Origin: Octopus vulgaris
Lineage: Eukaryota
Assembly (NCBI GenBank): GCA_951406725.2
Contig: OX597837.1
Location: forward strand, 12,090,001-12,154,000
Length of the DNA stretch: 64,000 nucleotides
Direction of reading: 5' to 3'
Positions 1 to 13,633 of this stretch are shown piece by piece (the first letter of the stretch is position 1; each line of letters opens with the position of its first letter). The translations under genes and the position numbers were made by a program. The notes below the pieces were generated by a model that saw nothing but the letters and a program-made list of their open reading frames with translations, was not told where the DNA came from and searched no databases.

Positions 1-16
1 TGTGTGTGCGTGTGTG

Positions 17-68
<52 letters not shown>

Positions 69-410
69 TGTGCCCATGTGATTTTGTTTACATAACATCT
101 CTGCGCGCGCATGTTTGTGTGTGTGTATGCGTGTGTGTGTGTGTGTAACAGTGTGTGTGAGTGTGTGTGTATGTAACAGTGCGTGTGCGTGTGTGTATGT
201 ATGCGTGTGTGTGTGTGTGGGTGTGTGTGTATGCGTGTGTATGAGTGTGTGTGTGTGTGAAAGTGTGCCCATGTGATTTTGTTTACATAACATCTCTGCG
301 TGCGCGCGCATGGTTGTGTGCAGGTGTGTGTGTGTGTGTATGCGTGTGCGCGTGTGTGTAACAGTGTGTGTCACTGTGTGTGTCACTGTGTGTGTGTGTG
401 TGTGTTTATT
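1..410. repeat. (TG)n microsatellite containing a duplicated ~46-bp unique unit
   Basis: gaaagtgtgcccatgtgattttgtttacataacatctctgcg occurs at ~64 and ~259 within TG runs. Confidence 0.9.
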
Positions 411-747
411 TTATGTTTATATATTCGTCACGAACCGACCACCGAGGATGCCGTAGCTGTGTGTTAGTGTGTGTGTGTGTGTGTGTGCGTCATGTGCACG
501 CGCATGCGTACAGGCATGTGCACGTGTTGCTAATATTATTGTTACAATTTGCAACAGTTGCAGGTGTTGGCACAAAGTCACACACACACAAACACATACA
601 TACACACACACGCACACACACACATACACACACACTCTCACACACACACCAGCATTTATGTATGCGTATAAATGTAACAGATCTGATAGGTACATGGAAC
701 GTGTATATGTATAAAGCTTTCTTCGTATACATTCTTTCAAACAGAGC

Positions 748-829
<82 letters not shown>

Positions 830-833
<4 letters not shown>

Positions 834-1040
834 TTGTGTGTCCGTGTTTGTCTCCCTAACATCACTTGACAATCGATGCTATTGTGTTTACGTCCCCGTA
901 ACTTAGCGGTTCGGCAAAAGCGACCGATAGAATAAGTACTGGGCTTACAAAGAATAAGTCCTGGGGTTGATTTGCTCGACTAAAAAGCAGTGCTCCAGCA
1001 TGGCCGCAGTCAAATGACTGAAACAAATAAAAGAATATAA
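830..1040 (+). mobile_element. SINE family A, 3' half
   Basis: Matches the 3' half of the full copy at 24309-24672 (…cgtccccgtaacttagcggttcggc…ccagcatggccgcagtcaaatgactgaaacaa). Confidence 0.9.
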
Positions 1041-1310
1041 GAATATATATATAACAAGACAATGCGTATATGAGTGATCTATTTAGCAAAATATATTTAT
1101 TATATATCTTGTTTTTAACATAATGGTCACGTATGAAAATACGTGTGTGTATGCATCGGATCGTACAAGAATACACACACACACGTGTGTGTGAGTGTGT
1201 GTGTCGTGTGTGTGTGTGTCTGTGTGTGTGTGTATGTGCATTCTCTTGTAAATATTTATCTCTGTAGCCTTGTATTCGCTTCTGAGTGTGTGTATATGTA
1301 TATATAGGAA

Positions 1311-1381
<71 letters not shown>

Positions 1382-1574
1382 GTATCACGTTCTTGTCAAT
1401 GAGTATGTGTGTACGTGTGTGAGTATTTATTTATGTGTGTGTGTGTGTCTGTGTTTGAATTTGTGTTTGTGTGTGTGCGTGTGTGTGTGTTATTGAATAT
1501 TTATGTTTACCGTTTCAATGCTTAGAGGTGTATGTTTGTGTGCAATGTTTTATAATAGTGAATATTCATGACCG

Positions 1575-2475
1575 TACGTGTGGTGGTGGTGGTGGTGGTG
1601 GTAGTGGTGGTGGTTGTGGTGGTGATGGTAGTGGTGGTGGTGGTTATAGTGGTTGTGGTGGTGATGGTGGTAAAGACTGCGCAGGAGTAGTAGTAGTGGT
1701 AGGAGGTGAGAGAGAGAGAGAGAGAGAGAGGCTCTCTGATGGTCTGTAAAAATACTAATAGTGGTGCCGATGGCGATGATCGTGGAGAGGAAGGTGGGAC
1801 CAATGGTAGTGGTGGTGGTGGTGGTGGCAATGATATTTGTTGCTATTGGTGTCGGTGATTCTACTTGCAAGGTTTTCTTTATTGGGGGGAAGGTCATCGT
1901 TGGAGGCCGTTGACGATTGAAGTTCGTAGCTGTGCTATGGTAGGTTTTTTTTTCCATAAACAGTAGAAACAGCAGCGGAGAGAGATGTGATCCTTGCAGT
2001 GACAACGCTGTGATGTTGATGTCGATGTAAGACATAACGGTGATGTAAATGCTAATGGTGATGCTGATGTTGTTGTTGGTGTTGTTGGTGGCGGTGTTGG
2101 TGGTGTTGGTGTTGGTGTTCATGATGGCCTTGGTGGTGTTACGGTTGTTGTTGGTGTTGCTGTTGGTGGTCACGGCGTTTGAGATGGTGGCGCTGTTGTT
2201 TAGAAGATGGCGGTGTTGGCTTTTTTGTTTTTGTTTGTTTGTTGGTGTTGTTTGGGAGTCGTGGTCGTTGTAGTGGTGGGGGTGCCAGTTGTGGGGAAAG
2301 CAGTAGTAGTGGTAGTGGTGGTGGTAGTGTTGATGTGGTGGTGGTGGTGATGGTGGTAGTGTTCGGGAAATAAAAGCATCATTTACTGGGAACGGGGGGG
2401 GGGGGACGTTATTGGTGGTCGTACTCACTTGTTTACATCTTTGCCGCCGCTGCCACCAGCACCACCAGCACCACC

Positions 2476-2518
<43 letters not shown>

Positions 2519-2544
2519 TTAGCACCACGACCACCACCAACGCC

Positions 2545-2576
<32 letters not shown>

Positions 2577-2704
2577 CATTTCTACTACTACTATTAGCAC
2601 CACGACCACCACCACGACCACCACCATCGCCGTCACCACCATCACCACTACTGCTACTACTACTACCACCACCACCACGACTACAATTTCTACTACTACT
2701 ACTG

Positions 2705-2766
<62 letters not shown>

Positions 2767-2775
2767 GCTACTGCT
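1575..2775. repeat. Mixed trinucleotide low-complexity block (GGT/GTT/CTA/CCA)
   Basis: Direct inspection; explains the poly-G/T/L/S/V ORFs. Confidence 0.9.
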
Positions 2776-3036
2776 CAACGACAGGAACAGCAACGACAGC
2801 GATACCAAAGCAGAGGAACCAGACCATTCACTGTTGGCACTGATTATTGGCGAACGCTTCGTTCATTCGCTGGAAACGAAGCCAGTGCAACGAGTGCGGA
2901 TGTACTTCAACGCGGAGATGCACGAATAATAAACACACATGGACATGCATGTGCGCGCGCTGCAATCGGGGAACGATGGTGTTTGTGTGACAACAGCGGC
3001 GGCGGAAATACTGCGTCGTACGTCATATATATATAA

Positions 3037-3208
<172 letters not shown>

Positions 3209-3232
3209 TATATATATATATCATACATATAC

Positions 3233-3286
<54 letters not shown>

Positions 3287-3289
3287 TGT

Positions 3290-3437
3290 AAATAATGTAT
3301 ACCCAAAAAAAGGCATGGAGTAGAAACAAAAAATGTATTAGACTCAGTATAAAATAAAAAAGTCTTTTACATTTTTAATGCATTCATACATGCATGATAC
3401 ACAGAAAAGATACATACAAAAAAATTCCGTGTAGGAG

Positions 3438-3441
<4 letters not shown>
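3290..3441 (-). mobile_element. Decayed (TA)n-embedded pLTR-like element (relative of 25666-25866)
   Basis: Shares aatgtattag, aaaaagtcttttac, gatacacagaaaa and cgtgtaggagctaa in the same order; flanked by (TA)n. Confidence 0.65.
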
Positions 3442-3502
<61 letters not shown>

Positions 3503-3513
3503 ATTATATATAT

Positions 3514-3598
<85 letters not shown>

Positions 3599-4182
3599 GC
3601 ATTCATGCACATACATACAAACATACATACATACGCCATCACATACATACGTACATATGTATGTATGTATGTACGTATGTATGTATGTATGTATGTATGT
3701 ATGTGTGTGTGTATGTGTGTGTCTGTGTCTGTGTCTATGTGTATGTATGTGTTGCGTATGTCGTTAAACTGCGTCCGGGGGGAAAGACTCCAGATTGGGA
3801 GTTGTGGAGTTCTGGCGAGCATGGGGGTCACGCCATAATTACCCTCGATTCCAAGACTCTTCTGACTCAGGGTTCCACCTACTGGTTAAATAGATTTCCC
3901 AACGATAGAGAAGGCTTCAGTTATTTGTGACTAAAACCACGAGGGAGGCAGCTTTTCTAGGAGGAAAGATACTCTGACACAGAAATCAAAATCCCTCAAA
4001 CAACCATTGCTGTGAAAAACGTACCAGGAATCTTGCAATGCTTGCCACCGGAGTTCACCACGGCATCCGAAAGGCTGGCAAAAGTGTTGTACAAGATTTT
4101 GTTGCTGAAATCCATTAATATCCTCATGTTTCTTTGTCATTTCATTTCTTGATTCGTTTCGTATTTTATAAATTCTTATTTT

Positions 4183-4457
4183 TCTTTTACTTGTTTCAGT
4201 CATTTGACTGCGGCCATGCTGGAGCACCGCCTTTAGTCGAGCAAATCGACCCTAGGACTTATTCTTTTGTAAGCCCAGTACTTATTCTATCGGTCTCTTT
4301 TGCAGAACCGCTAAGTGACGGGGACGTAAACACACCAGCAACGGTTGTCAAGCAATGCTAGGGGGACAAACACACACACATAAACACACACATACATACA
4401 TATATATATACTATATCCATCTGCCTGTCTGTTTCTTTCAGTTTCAGTATATCAACA

Positions 4458-4499
<42 letters not shown>

Positions 4500-4550
4500 A
4501 ACTATGTAGTTGGTTAGCAAGCTACTTACCACACAGCCACTCCTGCACCT
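4183..4550 (-). mobile_element. SINE family A, internally deleted
   Basis: 3' half near-identical to 33864-34070; head remnant gctacttaccacacagccactcctgc at ~4521-4546. Confidence 0.9.
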
Positions 4551-4748
4551 ATCGTGAAGAATTTATCCATGCTCATGTAAGGATGAAAGCAAATCAGGAC
4601 AATCAGACAGAACGTGAGACGGTTGTCCACTGACAAGTTGAGACAATCATCATATATTTATATATGTACCAGCCGACCCCGTGCCGTCAAAAATGAGGGC
4701 TAATTGTAGTATTTTATGTATAAAAAGGGCAGCGAGCTGACAGGAAGG

Positions 4749-4975
4749 GGCGGCGAGCTGGCAGAATCGTTAGCACGCCGGGCGAAATGCTTTGTGGTAT
4801 TTCGTCCGCCGAGTTCAAATTCCGCCGCGGTCGACTTTGCCTTTCATCCTTTCGGGGTCGATAAATTAAGTACCAGTTACGCACTGGGGTCGATGTAATT
4901 GACTTAATCCCTTTGTCTGTCCTTGTTTGTCCCCTCTATGTTTATAGCCCCTTGTGGGCAATAAAGAAATAAGAA
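4749..4975 (+). mobile_element. SINE family B (Meta-domain-like core), near full length
   Basis: Head ggcggcgagctggcagaa, B-box-like gagttcaaattcc, core gcctttcatcctttcggggtcgataaattaagtaccag; many copies in the window. The Meta-domain label is from memory. Confidence 0.85.
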
Positions 4976-5413
4976 TCGTTGGCCGCAGTCTAATGACTGA
5001 AAGAAGAAAAGAACAAAAGATTAAAGGACGCATGCGCACACATCCGCATACATAATTATTTGTCTCAAGAGCAGAAGTCTTTAAAATGCACATAAACACA
5101 CTTTTGCATATCGACGAAGACAAACAGACAAGCATTTATTTATTTACATTCTACCAGTTGGAGACACGGCCAGGTTTTATAATCCAGACAACACCTGTGT
5201 TTTATTCAGGTGTTTCAATGAATTTATCAATATTCTTCGTACACATAAACGTCTGGATGTGTCTGTTTAGCCAACTATTTCTTTGGTTTTTACCTACTTT
5301 AATCAGTTTTTTTTTTTTAGTTTCCTCATTTATATACATTTCTCTGTTTTGTTCGTCTGTCTCTGGTTTTCTTTCCCCACCCCATCTATCTATCTATCTA
5401 TCTATCTATCTAC

Positions 5414-5482
<69 letters not shown>

Positions 5483-5490
5483 TCTCTCTC

Positions 5491-5521
<31 letters not shown>

Positions 5522-5545
5522 GCTTGCATGCCTGTTTGTCTGTTT

Positions 5546-5583
<38 letters not shown>

Positions 5584-5734
5584 ATATATATATATATATA
5601 TATATCTTTTATTTTTTATCTTGTTTCAGTCATTAGATTGCGGTCATGCTGGAGCATCGCCTTGAAGGGTTCAGTCGAATGAATCGACCCCTGTACATTT
5701 TTCTTAAAGCCTGGTACTTATTTCTATGGAATGG

Positions 5735-6230
5735 TCGGTGCTTGAAATATCTACGTTCAATACACTCGATGAGAAAGCAAGTCATAGACTTTCTAAAGCC
5801 TGTGATACATTTAGAAAGCTTGAATCGACGGCGTCCTGGTCGCAATCGGACACAAAAGCAGCAACGATGGTTGTCGTCTGCCAGGCGCGTGTCCTAACAG
5901 CGCTGTTGAATGGTCGCGAGACATGGACAACTGCTGCAGCCATATTTAACATCTAGAGCGATTCCACCAGCAATATTTGCGTAGTGTCCTAAGGATCTTA
6001 CGGCAACCTCGTGTACCTAATATGAAAGAACTGCAGCTGACCAAAACCAAAATGACGAGTGTCCAGTCTCTGATTTATGACACGTAAACGTCGATGGTCG
6101 CTATGTCCATTTTGAGGACATTCGCACGGCAAAACAAGTGTTGTATAGTAAGCTCTGGAACGAGGAAAAAGAAAATGTCCTCAGTGTTAAGCTACGCAAG
6201 CGTTTCAAAGACAATCTTATACATACACTT
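5735..6230 (+). pseudogene. Decayed RTE-clade LINE, region C-terminal to RT
   Basis: TLDEKASHRLSKACDTFRKLE…VCQARVLTALLNGRETWT, then (frameshift) LERFHQQYLRSVL; resembles RTE/BovB …RIAKAS.AFGRL…LLYG.ETWT…LERFHQRCLR.IL. Confidence 0.8.
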
Positions 6231-6245
6231 TATATATATATATAG

Positions 6246-6449
6246 TAAGTCCCCAAAAAAGAAGAACAAATGTAAAAAGCACAACAACACGAGGACATGG
6301 TACATGTACGGTATTAGCAGACGCTCTGGGAAGGAAAGAAAGATGGTTTAACGTTTCGACAGACGGTCTTCTTCGGAGAGGAAAGTCCAATAGAAGGGAA
6401 GACGGAGGAAGAAAATCGCCAAAGATTCAGATGCGGTTACACTTTGAAA

Positions 6450-6503
<54 letters not shown>

Positions 6504-6716
6504 CTATTTCAAAGTGTAACCACATCTGAATTTCACTTTTTTTCCTCTGTCTTCCATTCTATTGGACGTTGCGTCTTCCGCAACCTTTCAAGACTGTCTG
6601 TCGAAACGTTAAACCATCTTTCTTTCCTTCCCAGAGAAAATAAAAATACCGTACAGTGTACCATTTCCCGGTGAGTGTGTTACATTATAAGGCATTTGTT
6701 CTTCTCTTTGAACAAC

Positions 6717-6720
<4 letters not shown>
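6246..6720. mobile_element. Inverted pair of pLTR-like fragments around a (TA)n spacer; left arm has a minus-strand minimal HHR motif at ~6346-6380
   Basis: Arms ~6250-6455 and ~6500-6710 are reverse complements (gttacactttgaaatagaaa / tttctatttcaaagtgtaac); related to 19011-19245. Confidence 0.8.
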
Positions 6721-6783
<63 letters not shown>

Positions 6784-6859
6784 GTGTATGTATAAGATTG
6801 AATTATGCTTGTTACACTGAGGACATTATTCTTTCCTCGTTAACTTACTATACCTTGTT

Positions 6860-7195
6860 TTGCCGTGCAAAATCACAAAGAAAAATCACGTTTAGGTCAT
6901 ACGACCATGGGGTCTCAAACACCGTGTCTTAGTGGGAAATTTGTGAAGTTTTATATATTTAGTGAGGGAAGAAATGGAGCTGACGAACGAAGATTTTACA
7001 AAATTCCTTTATATTATTTTTCTTATTTTCTACATATGTAGAAAATAATAAAAAGAATTTTGTAAAATCTTCGTTCTTGCTCCTTTTCAAGACTGTGCAA
7101 GACGCAACGAAAATTTTAGGAAAATAAAATAAATATGGAAAATTTACCGGTAGTGTGTTATATAAGGCCCAAAAGAAAATGACTCTCTCAGACAC
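6860..7195. mobile_element. (TA)n-flanked repeat with fold-back palindrome at 6976-7083
   Basis: gaacgaagattttacaaaattc … gaattttgtaaaatcttcgttc; homologous to 17473-17720 in the opposite orientation. Confidence 0.7.
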
Positions 7196-7199
7196 AATA

Positions 7200-7259
<60 letters not shown>

Positions 7260-7842
7260 GTAGACTTCGACTATCACTCTGGGAAATTCCGTTCCTAAAA
7301 ATATACCACTTAATGAAACAGTGCTACGCGATGCCTTTATAATATAGCATGAATAGAGAGAGATAAGAACTCGTTACTTTATTTCTAACATAGGTGCGAA
7401 GAATATGAACGTTTGGGAAAATCCAGAAACCTCTAGTCGCACCCTTCTAGCGCTTAACCTTAAGTAACCTTACGTAACGGGATGTTACACATTGTTATCT
7501 GACGTTATGACGAAATTAGAAGACAACTTTAGATAATTATCATTATAATAGTCATTAAACAGGATAAATTATCCAGTTTTAATGATCTTACTGTGACCGC
7601 CCCCTCATTAAGTCGGTTGAAAAAGACAGCGGTGATATATTTTTGATGAAGTTCCAGTTTGCATTTTTTCCACACGCGTCAGAGTGATTTCCAATGAGTG
7701 TGTATAACTGTCGTCTGCTTTTTGTTAGCCTTTTCTCACGAAGTAGTTCACGGCAGCCAAATATTATATCGTCTAAAACACCCCACTTTGCCTTGCGACT
7801 GCACTCCCTGTCAAAGTCATTCTCACTAAAATGATACATAAT

Positions 7843-8520
7843 CCTTTCTATTATAGGCACGAGGCCTGAAGTTTTGGGAGAGGGGATTAGTTGATTACAT
7901 CGACCCCAGAATTTCACTGGTACTTACTTCATCAAAGCAAAGTCGACCTCAGCGGAATTTGAACTCAGAACGTAGCAACGGACGAAATACCTATTTCTTT
8001 ATAACCCACAAGGGGCTAAACACAGAGAGGACAAACAGGAGCAGACAAACGGATTAAGTCGATTATATCGACCCCAGTAACTGGTACTTATTTAATCGAC
8101 CCCGAAAAGAAGGAAAGGCAAAGTCGTCCTCAGCGGAATTTGAACTCAGAACGTAGCGGCAGACGAAGTTCAAATTCCGCCGAGGTCGACTTTGCCTTTC
8201 ATAATTTCGGGGTCGATTAAATTAAGCACCAGTTACGCACTGGGGTCGATATAATCGACTTAATCCGTTTGTCTGTCCTTCTTTGTCCTCTCTGTGTTTA
8301 ACCCCTTGTGGGTAGTAAAGAAATAGGTATTTTGTCTGCTGTTACGTTCTGAGTTCGAATTCCGCCGAGGTCGACTTTGCTTTTCATTCTTTCTGGGTCG
8401 ATTAAATGAGTACCAGGTACGCACTGGGGTCGATATAATCGAATCGACTTAAACCCTTTGTCTGTCTTTGTTTGTCCCCTATATGTTTAGCCCTCTCCCT
8501 TTGGGCCTTAAAGAAATAAA
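7843..8520. mobile_element. SINE family B cluster: minus-strand dimer back-to-back with plus-strand dimer
   Basis: Four copies of the core; orientation switches at ~8166. Confidence 0.9.
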
Positions 8521-9027
8521 TAATGAAATCAGGGTGGCAGAATCTTTTTATTTTCTCCGCATATTTCACAATCGTTATAATCATGAAATCTCGCTGAATT
8601 CTAAGAATTACGCACACCTGGCGTTCGCCAACCTCAAATTGTACCAACACCTGAAACTTTTAACATTCATACACAGGTGTGCCACGCCCTGTCGTTAATT
8701 TCTAATATCTTCCAGGAAAATGTGTTTTTAATGAAAATTTTAGGTGTGGCTGCGTGGGAGGAAGTTTGCTTCGCAATTACATGGTTACCTTGGGCAAGTA
8801 TTTTCTGCTAGATTTCTAAAGCATTGTGAGTGGATTTGCTAAACGGAAACTGAAAGAAGCCCGCCGCATATGTATACTTATCGGTTGTTTGAGTATCTAT
8901 GTCTGTATGTGTGCATGTGTATGTATGTATGTATGTATGTATGTATGTATGTATGTATGTATGTATGTATGTATGTATGTATGTATGTATGCATGTATGT
9001 ATACATTCTGGTATATATATATGTGTG

Positions 9028-9092
<65 letters not shown>

Positions 9093-9095
9093 GTA

Positions 9096-9358
9096 AAAAA
9101 ATACAAACTGGGACAAGAACGCAAAACATTTAGAAGACGATACAAAAAACACGGACATTCGAAGCCTTCAATCTTCAGTCAAGAACCGGATCATCCTCGC
9201 AATTTCGGCTGATTAATCTTGAGATTGCTCCGATCTGGCCAGCCCCAAAGGAAAATCTAAGCCAAGCGCATTAGATTCCTTGGAAGAAAGCCTCGAATAT
9301 ATACAAAACAAGGACGGGAAAACGGACGATGTTACACGACTAAGAATACGAAAATACG

Positions 9359-9360
<2 letters not shown>
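9096..9360 (-). mobile_element. (TA)n-inserted non-coding element, family P1 (permuted HHR)
   Basis: Homologous to 20420-20698, 17926-18054 and 35140-35229; (TA)n on both sides. Confidence 0.85.
9163..9228 (-). ncRNA. Non-circularly permuted hammerhead ribozyme motif
   Basis: Minus strand: gcaa-UC-tcaaga ttaatc agcc-GAAA-ttgc gaggatgatccggt tcttga-CTGAAGA-ttgaa-ggct; all three stems pair perfectly. Confidence 0.7.
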
Positions 9361-9432
<72 letters not shown>

Positions 9433-9465
9433 ATATATATGTATGTATAAATATGTATATATGTA

Positions 9466-9525
<60 letters not shown>

Positions 9526-10207
9526 CACACATATGTTTGTGTGTGTGTCTGCGTTTGTCCCCACAACGCTTGTTGATGTGTTTACGCCTTTGTAACTTTA
9601 GCGGTTCGCTAAAAGCAACCGATAGAATAAGTACCAGGTTTTTCCCAAAAAAATAAAAACTACTGGTTTCTATTCATTGGACTAAAATTCTTCTAGGCAG
9701 TGGTGCCCCAGCGTGGCCGCAGTCTTCTAATGACTGAAGCAAGTAAAAAATACAAGATTAAAAACAACAACAACAACAACAAACACGAAATCAGGTGTGT
9801 GCATTTGCACGCAGAACACTGATGTGAGTATATCAAATTTTTAATTAAGCAAGATGCTTTCCTCCGGTATGTTAGCTAAACTTCCACCATTTGGAGTTGT
9901 TGGCTGTTTTCTTGCACGGGATTATTTAAAAATAGCGTAAAAGTATTTAGCTTTTGTAGGAGTGCTCATAATTACGAAGTTTCTTTCTTAACACCATTTG
10001 TCATTCCTTTTTCTAGGAAAAATCCATTTTAATTTTTCTAGGAAAATTGTTTTACCTTTTGTTACGAGAAAAGAAAAATAACATTTACTTTACTTTCACT
10101 TTTAGCATTAAAGCTTAACGCTGTAACTCCCAAATTTTTTTCTGGCTGCCACCCCCTTGGCAACCGCGCGACATTCCTAGCGCTCCCTCACCTTCCCCAC
10201 CACAAAT

Positions 10208-10900
10208 ATACTTTTCTATTCTAGGCACAAGGCCTGAAATTTTGGGGGCGGGGACCAGTCGATTAGATCGACCCAGGTACGCAACTGGTACATAATTTAT
10301 CGACCCCATCTACAAATGAGTGAACTGGTGCAACGTGAATTCCACCGAGATTGATTTTGCCTTTCATCATTTCGGGGTCGATAAATTAAGTACAAGTTGC
10401 GTACTGGGGTCGATCTAATCGACTGGCCCCTTCCCCCCCAAATTTCGGGCCTTGTGCCTAGAGTAGAAAAGAATATTTTAAGCTATAAGAAATCTTTGGA
10501 TAGAAAAAAAAAAATTGCGAACGATATAATGGTTTCAAATTTTCGCCGAAGGCCAGCAATTTCGTGGGATGAGATAAGTCGATTGCAACGGCTCTAGTGC
10601 TCAACTGGTACTTAGTTTTATCAACTACAAAAGAACGAAAGGTAAACTCGGCCTCCATGGGATTTGAACTCCGAACGTAAAGACGGAAAAATGCTGCTAA
10701 TCATTGTTCAGTATGCATGCCATTCTGTCAGCTGGACGTCTTATAATATAATATAGGATATGATATGATGGTTGCACATTTTGGCACAAGGCCAGCAATT
10801 TTAGGGGAGGAGGTAAGTCGATTATATCGACCCCAGTGTTTAACTGGGACTTATATTATCGATCCGAAAGGACGAAAAGCAATGTCGACCTCGGCGGAAT
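10208..10900. mobile_element. SINE family B cluster (four fragments, both orientations)
   Basis: Repeated core (ggggtcgat…aagtaccag) and alternative tail aaatttc(a/g)ggccttgtgcctaga. Confidence 0.85.
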
Positions 10901-11379
10901 AATATAATATAATGCAATATAATACAATATAATATATATACATACGTATACATATAAACATACACACACATATCCTTTACACACGCTCACACATACACAT
11001 CTTCCCCCCTCTCTAAACACACACACACGCGCACACACAAACACACACGCATATGTGTAGGAGACACATGTATATGAATAGGACATTCGTGAACTCCTGA
11101 CGGAGTCCTTCATTGCCGTCGTGACTAGCGGCTTGTTTGGGGCAATTCTGAAACTTGGTGGAGCCCATCTCATTCTAAGCCTGTACAGAATCGATTTCTT
11201 CCAGTAGGAGGAAGTTAGAGTGGAAGAGTAGGGAGAAAGAGAAGAATCGATCACCCCTGTGCTGAACTGGTGTGATTAGCCTCAATGGGGTTTGAGAGCA
11301 GAAGGCAGAGCATCACTACGAACGGTACAAGAAGCCATTCGATCTCACTCTCCAATGACTGCCAAATGAACAAGGAATA

Positions 11380-11655
11380 AATACCCCAAGAGAGGTACTT
11401 TCTTGAATACCCCAAGAGAGGTACTTTCTTGAATACCCCAAGAGAGTACCTCAATAGAGTAACTTAAGTATCTAAAAAATACGGTCGTTTGAAATCCCCG
11501 CTTGCAACAGGTACATCACCCACAGCCCCTTTTCTGTGTCTGTCCTTACTACCACATTTAGCCTTCAACACTGGTCACTGCAAGAACTCACCAAGATAGA
11601 CATACGAACTCGCAAACTGCTTGGTGTTAGTGGAAACTTCAACATCAAAAGAATT
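11380..11655 (+). pseudogene. Decayed R4/Dong-type LINE fragment (post-RT thumb), preceded by a 26-bp tandem repeat x2.6
   Basis: VLTTTFSLQHWSLQELTKIDIRTRKLLGVSGNF resembles R4-clade W…EL..ID..TRKLL…G; unit aataccccaagagaggtactttcttg. Confidence 0.65.
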
Positions 11656-11854
11656 AAGACCAGCCTAACCAAGATGGTGGCTGTAGTCTTAGATCGCCAT
11701 CGATGTCGAGTCATAATATTTTTGGATGCCCTTTGCGGTTCTGTCAATTCATTGTGAAGGCCCTTGCCTTAGTGGTTCGAGTATTCAGCTCACGATCTTA
11801 GGGTCGTTCCTGGTTTTGGGTAGAAGAAAATACAGGAGGATCAGTTAATTATGA

Positions 11855-12006
11855 TTTTATTCAACATATTCCCCTCCCAGGTTCACATACTTGTTGTAGC
11901 GGTCCTTCAGTTTTTCTAAGCCCTGTAAAAGAACTGGGAATTTTGGGCCTCCAGGCAGGCCTTTTGTGAAACCCTTAAAGCCAGAAACTTTACGGCACCC
12001 ATCGTA
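11855..12006 (-). mobile_element. Mariner-derived MITE end
   Basis: TA + TIR-like cgatgggtgccgtaaagtttctggc next to a mariner C-terminus QGLEKLKDRYNKYVNLGGEYVE*. Confidence 0.7.
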
Positions 12007-12049
12007 TATAGGTGTATATCCACACACACACACACACACACATGTATGC

Positions 12050-12117
<68 letters not shown>

Positions 12118-12213
12118 TTAAATATAAGAGAGTTACCGGTAAGTGGTTAACTCTAGTGCTAAAAATAGCTCCTCTTTCTGGTATAGCCACCAAAAGTTGG
12201 CTCATTTATGAAA

Positions 12214-12309
<96 letters not shown>

Positions 12310-12338
12310 GCATGTATATGTATGTGTGTGTGTGTGCG

Positions 12339-12376
<38 letters not shown>

Positions 12377-12519
12377 TGTAATTGGTTGGCTGTATAAGAG
12401 TTTATTTCTTCCTACTTATGTTCGTGTGAGGTTGATGTGACTCAGCGATGGTTGTCGGTGGATCTGAAATTATCAATTTGCGTACACACATAACATTTGT
12501 TATTCGTTTTCATATCTAT

Positions 12520-12629
12520 TAATACGTATGCGTATATGCAAATGTGCATGTATGTATGTTTATATCTATTCTACATATATGTATACATGTATGGTTATGT
12601 ATATATGCACATACATCTATGTATGTCTG

Positions 12630-12714
<85 letters not shown>

Positions 12715-12886
12715 TTATAATACCTATATACCTACTTACCAACTTATCTACCTCTCCCACATGTACATACATACACGCATACATGCATGCATATATGAAT
12801 GCATACACATACATATATACATTCATATATACATACATACACACACATGCACATACATACATACATACATTACATACATACATACA

Positions 12887-12917
<31 letters not shown>

Positions 12918-12987
12918 GATACGTACATACATACATACATACATACATACATACATACATACATACATACATACATACATACATACA

Positions 12988-13021
<34 letters not shown>

Positions 13022-13380
13022 CATACATACATTCATACATACACACACATGCACATACATACATACATGCATACATACATACATACATACATGCATACAT
13101 ACATACATACATACATGCATACATACATACATACATACACACATACATACATACATACTTACATACATACATATATACATACATATATACATACATACAT
13201 ACATACATACATACATACATACACACACATGCACATACATACATACATACATACATACATACTTACATACATACATACATACATGCATACATACATACAT
13301 ACATACATGCATACATACATACATACATACATATATGCATACATACATGCATACATACATGCATACATACACACATACAT
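12520..13380. repeat. (TATC)n and long (TACA)n microsatellites
   Basis: Direct inspection. Confidence 0.95.
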
Positions 13381-13559
13381 AAAAAACGCAGTGTTTACAA
13401 ACAATGCAGTGCTGTTTTTCAGTGGTTTGTGTGTATTTCTGTTCTTTCGCGGTCTCGGCCATCGACGCCATTTTCTCGCCAAACATGAAACGATTAAATT
13501 GTAATATTTGTGAGGCTAAAAATAACGACGCCATTGAGGCTCCGCCCCAGAACACTTCG

Positions 13560-13582
13560 ACAACCACCACAACCACCACCTT

Positions 13583-13633
<51 letters not shown>

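Larger units (their letters stand above)
8743..9750 (+). mobile_element. SINE family A split by expanded internal microsatellite and a nested element
   Basis: 5' half 8743-8866, 3' half ~9535-9750, same orientation. Confidence 0.75.

Noticed and set aside
2429-2869. 441-nt minus-strand coding exon
   Set aside because: All three frames have stops near the 5' end and most of it is low-complexity; kept only as a possible non-coding exon
11085-11370. Possible LTR-retrotransposon RNase H remnant
   Set aside because: Too decayed to support by eye
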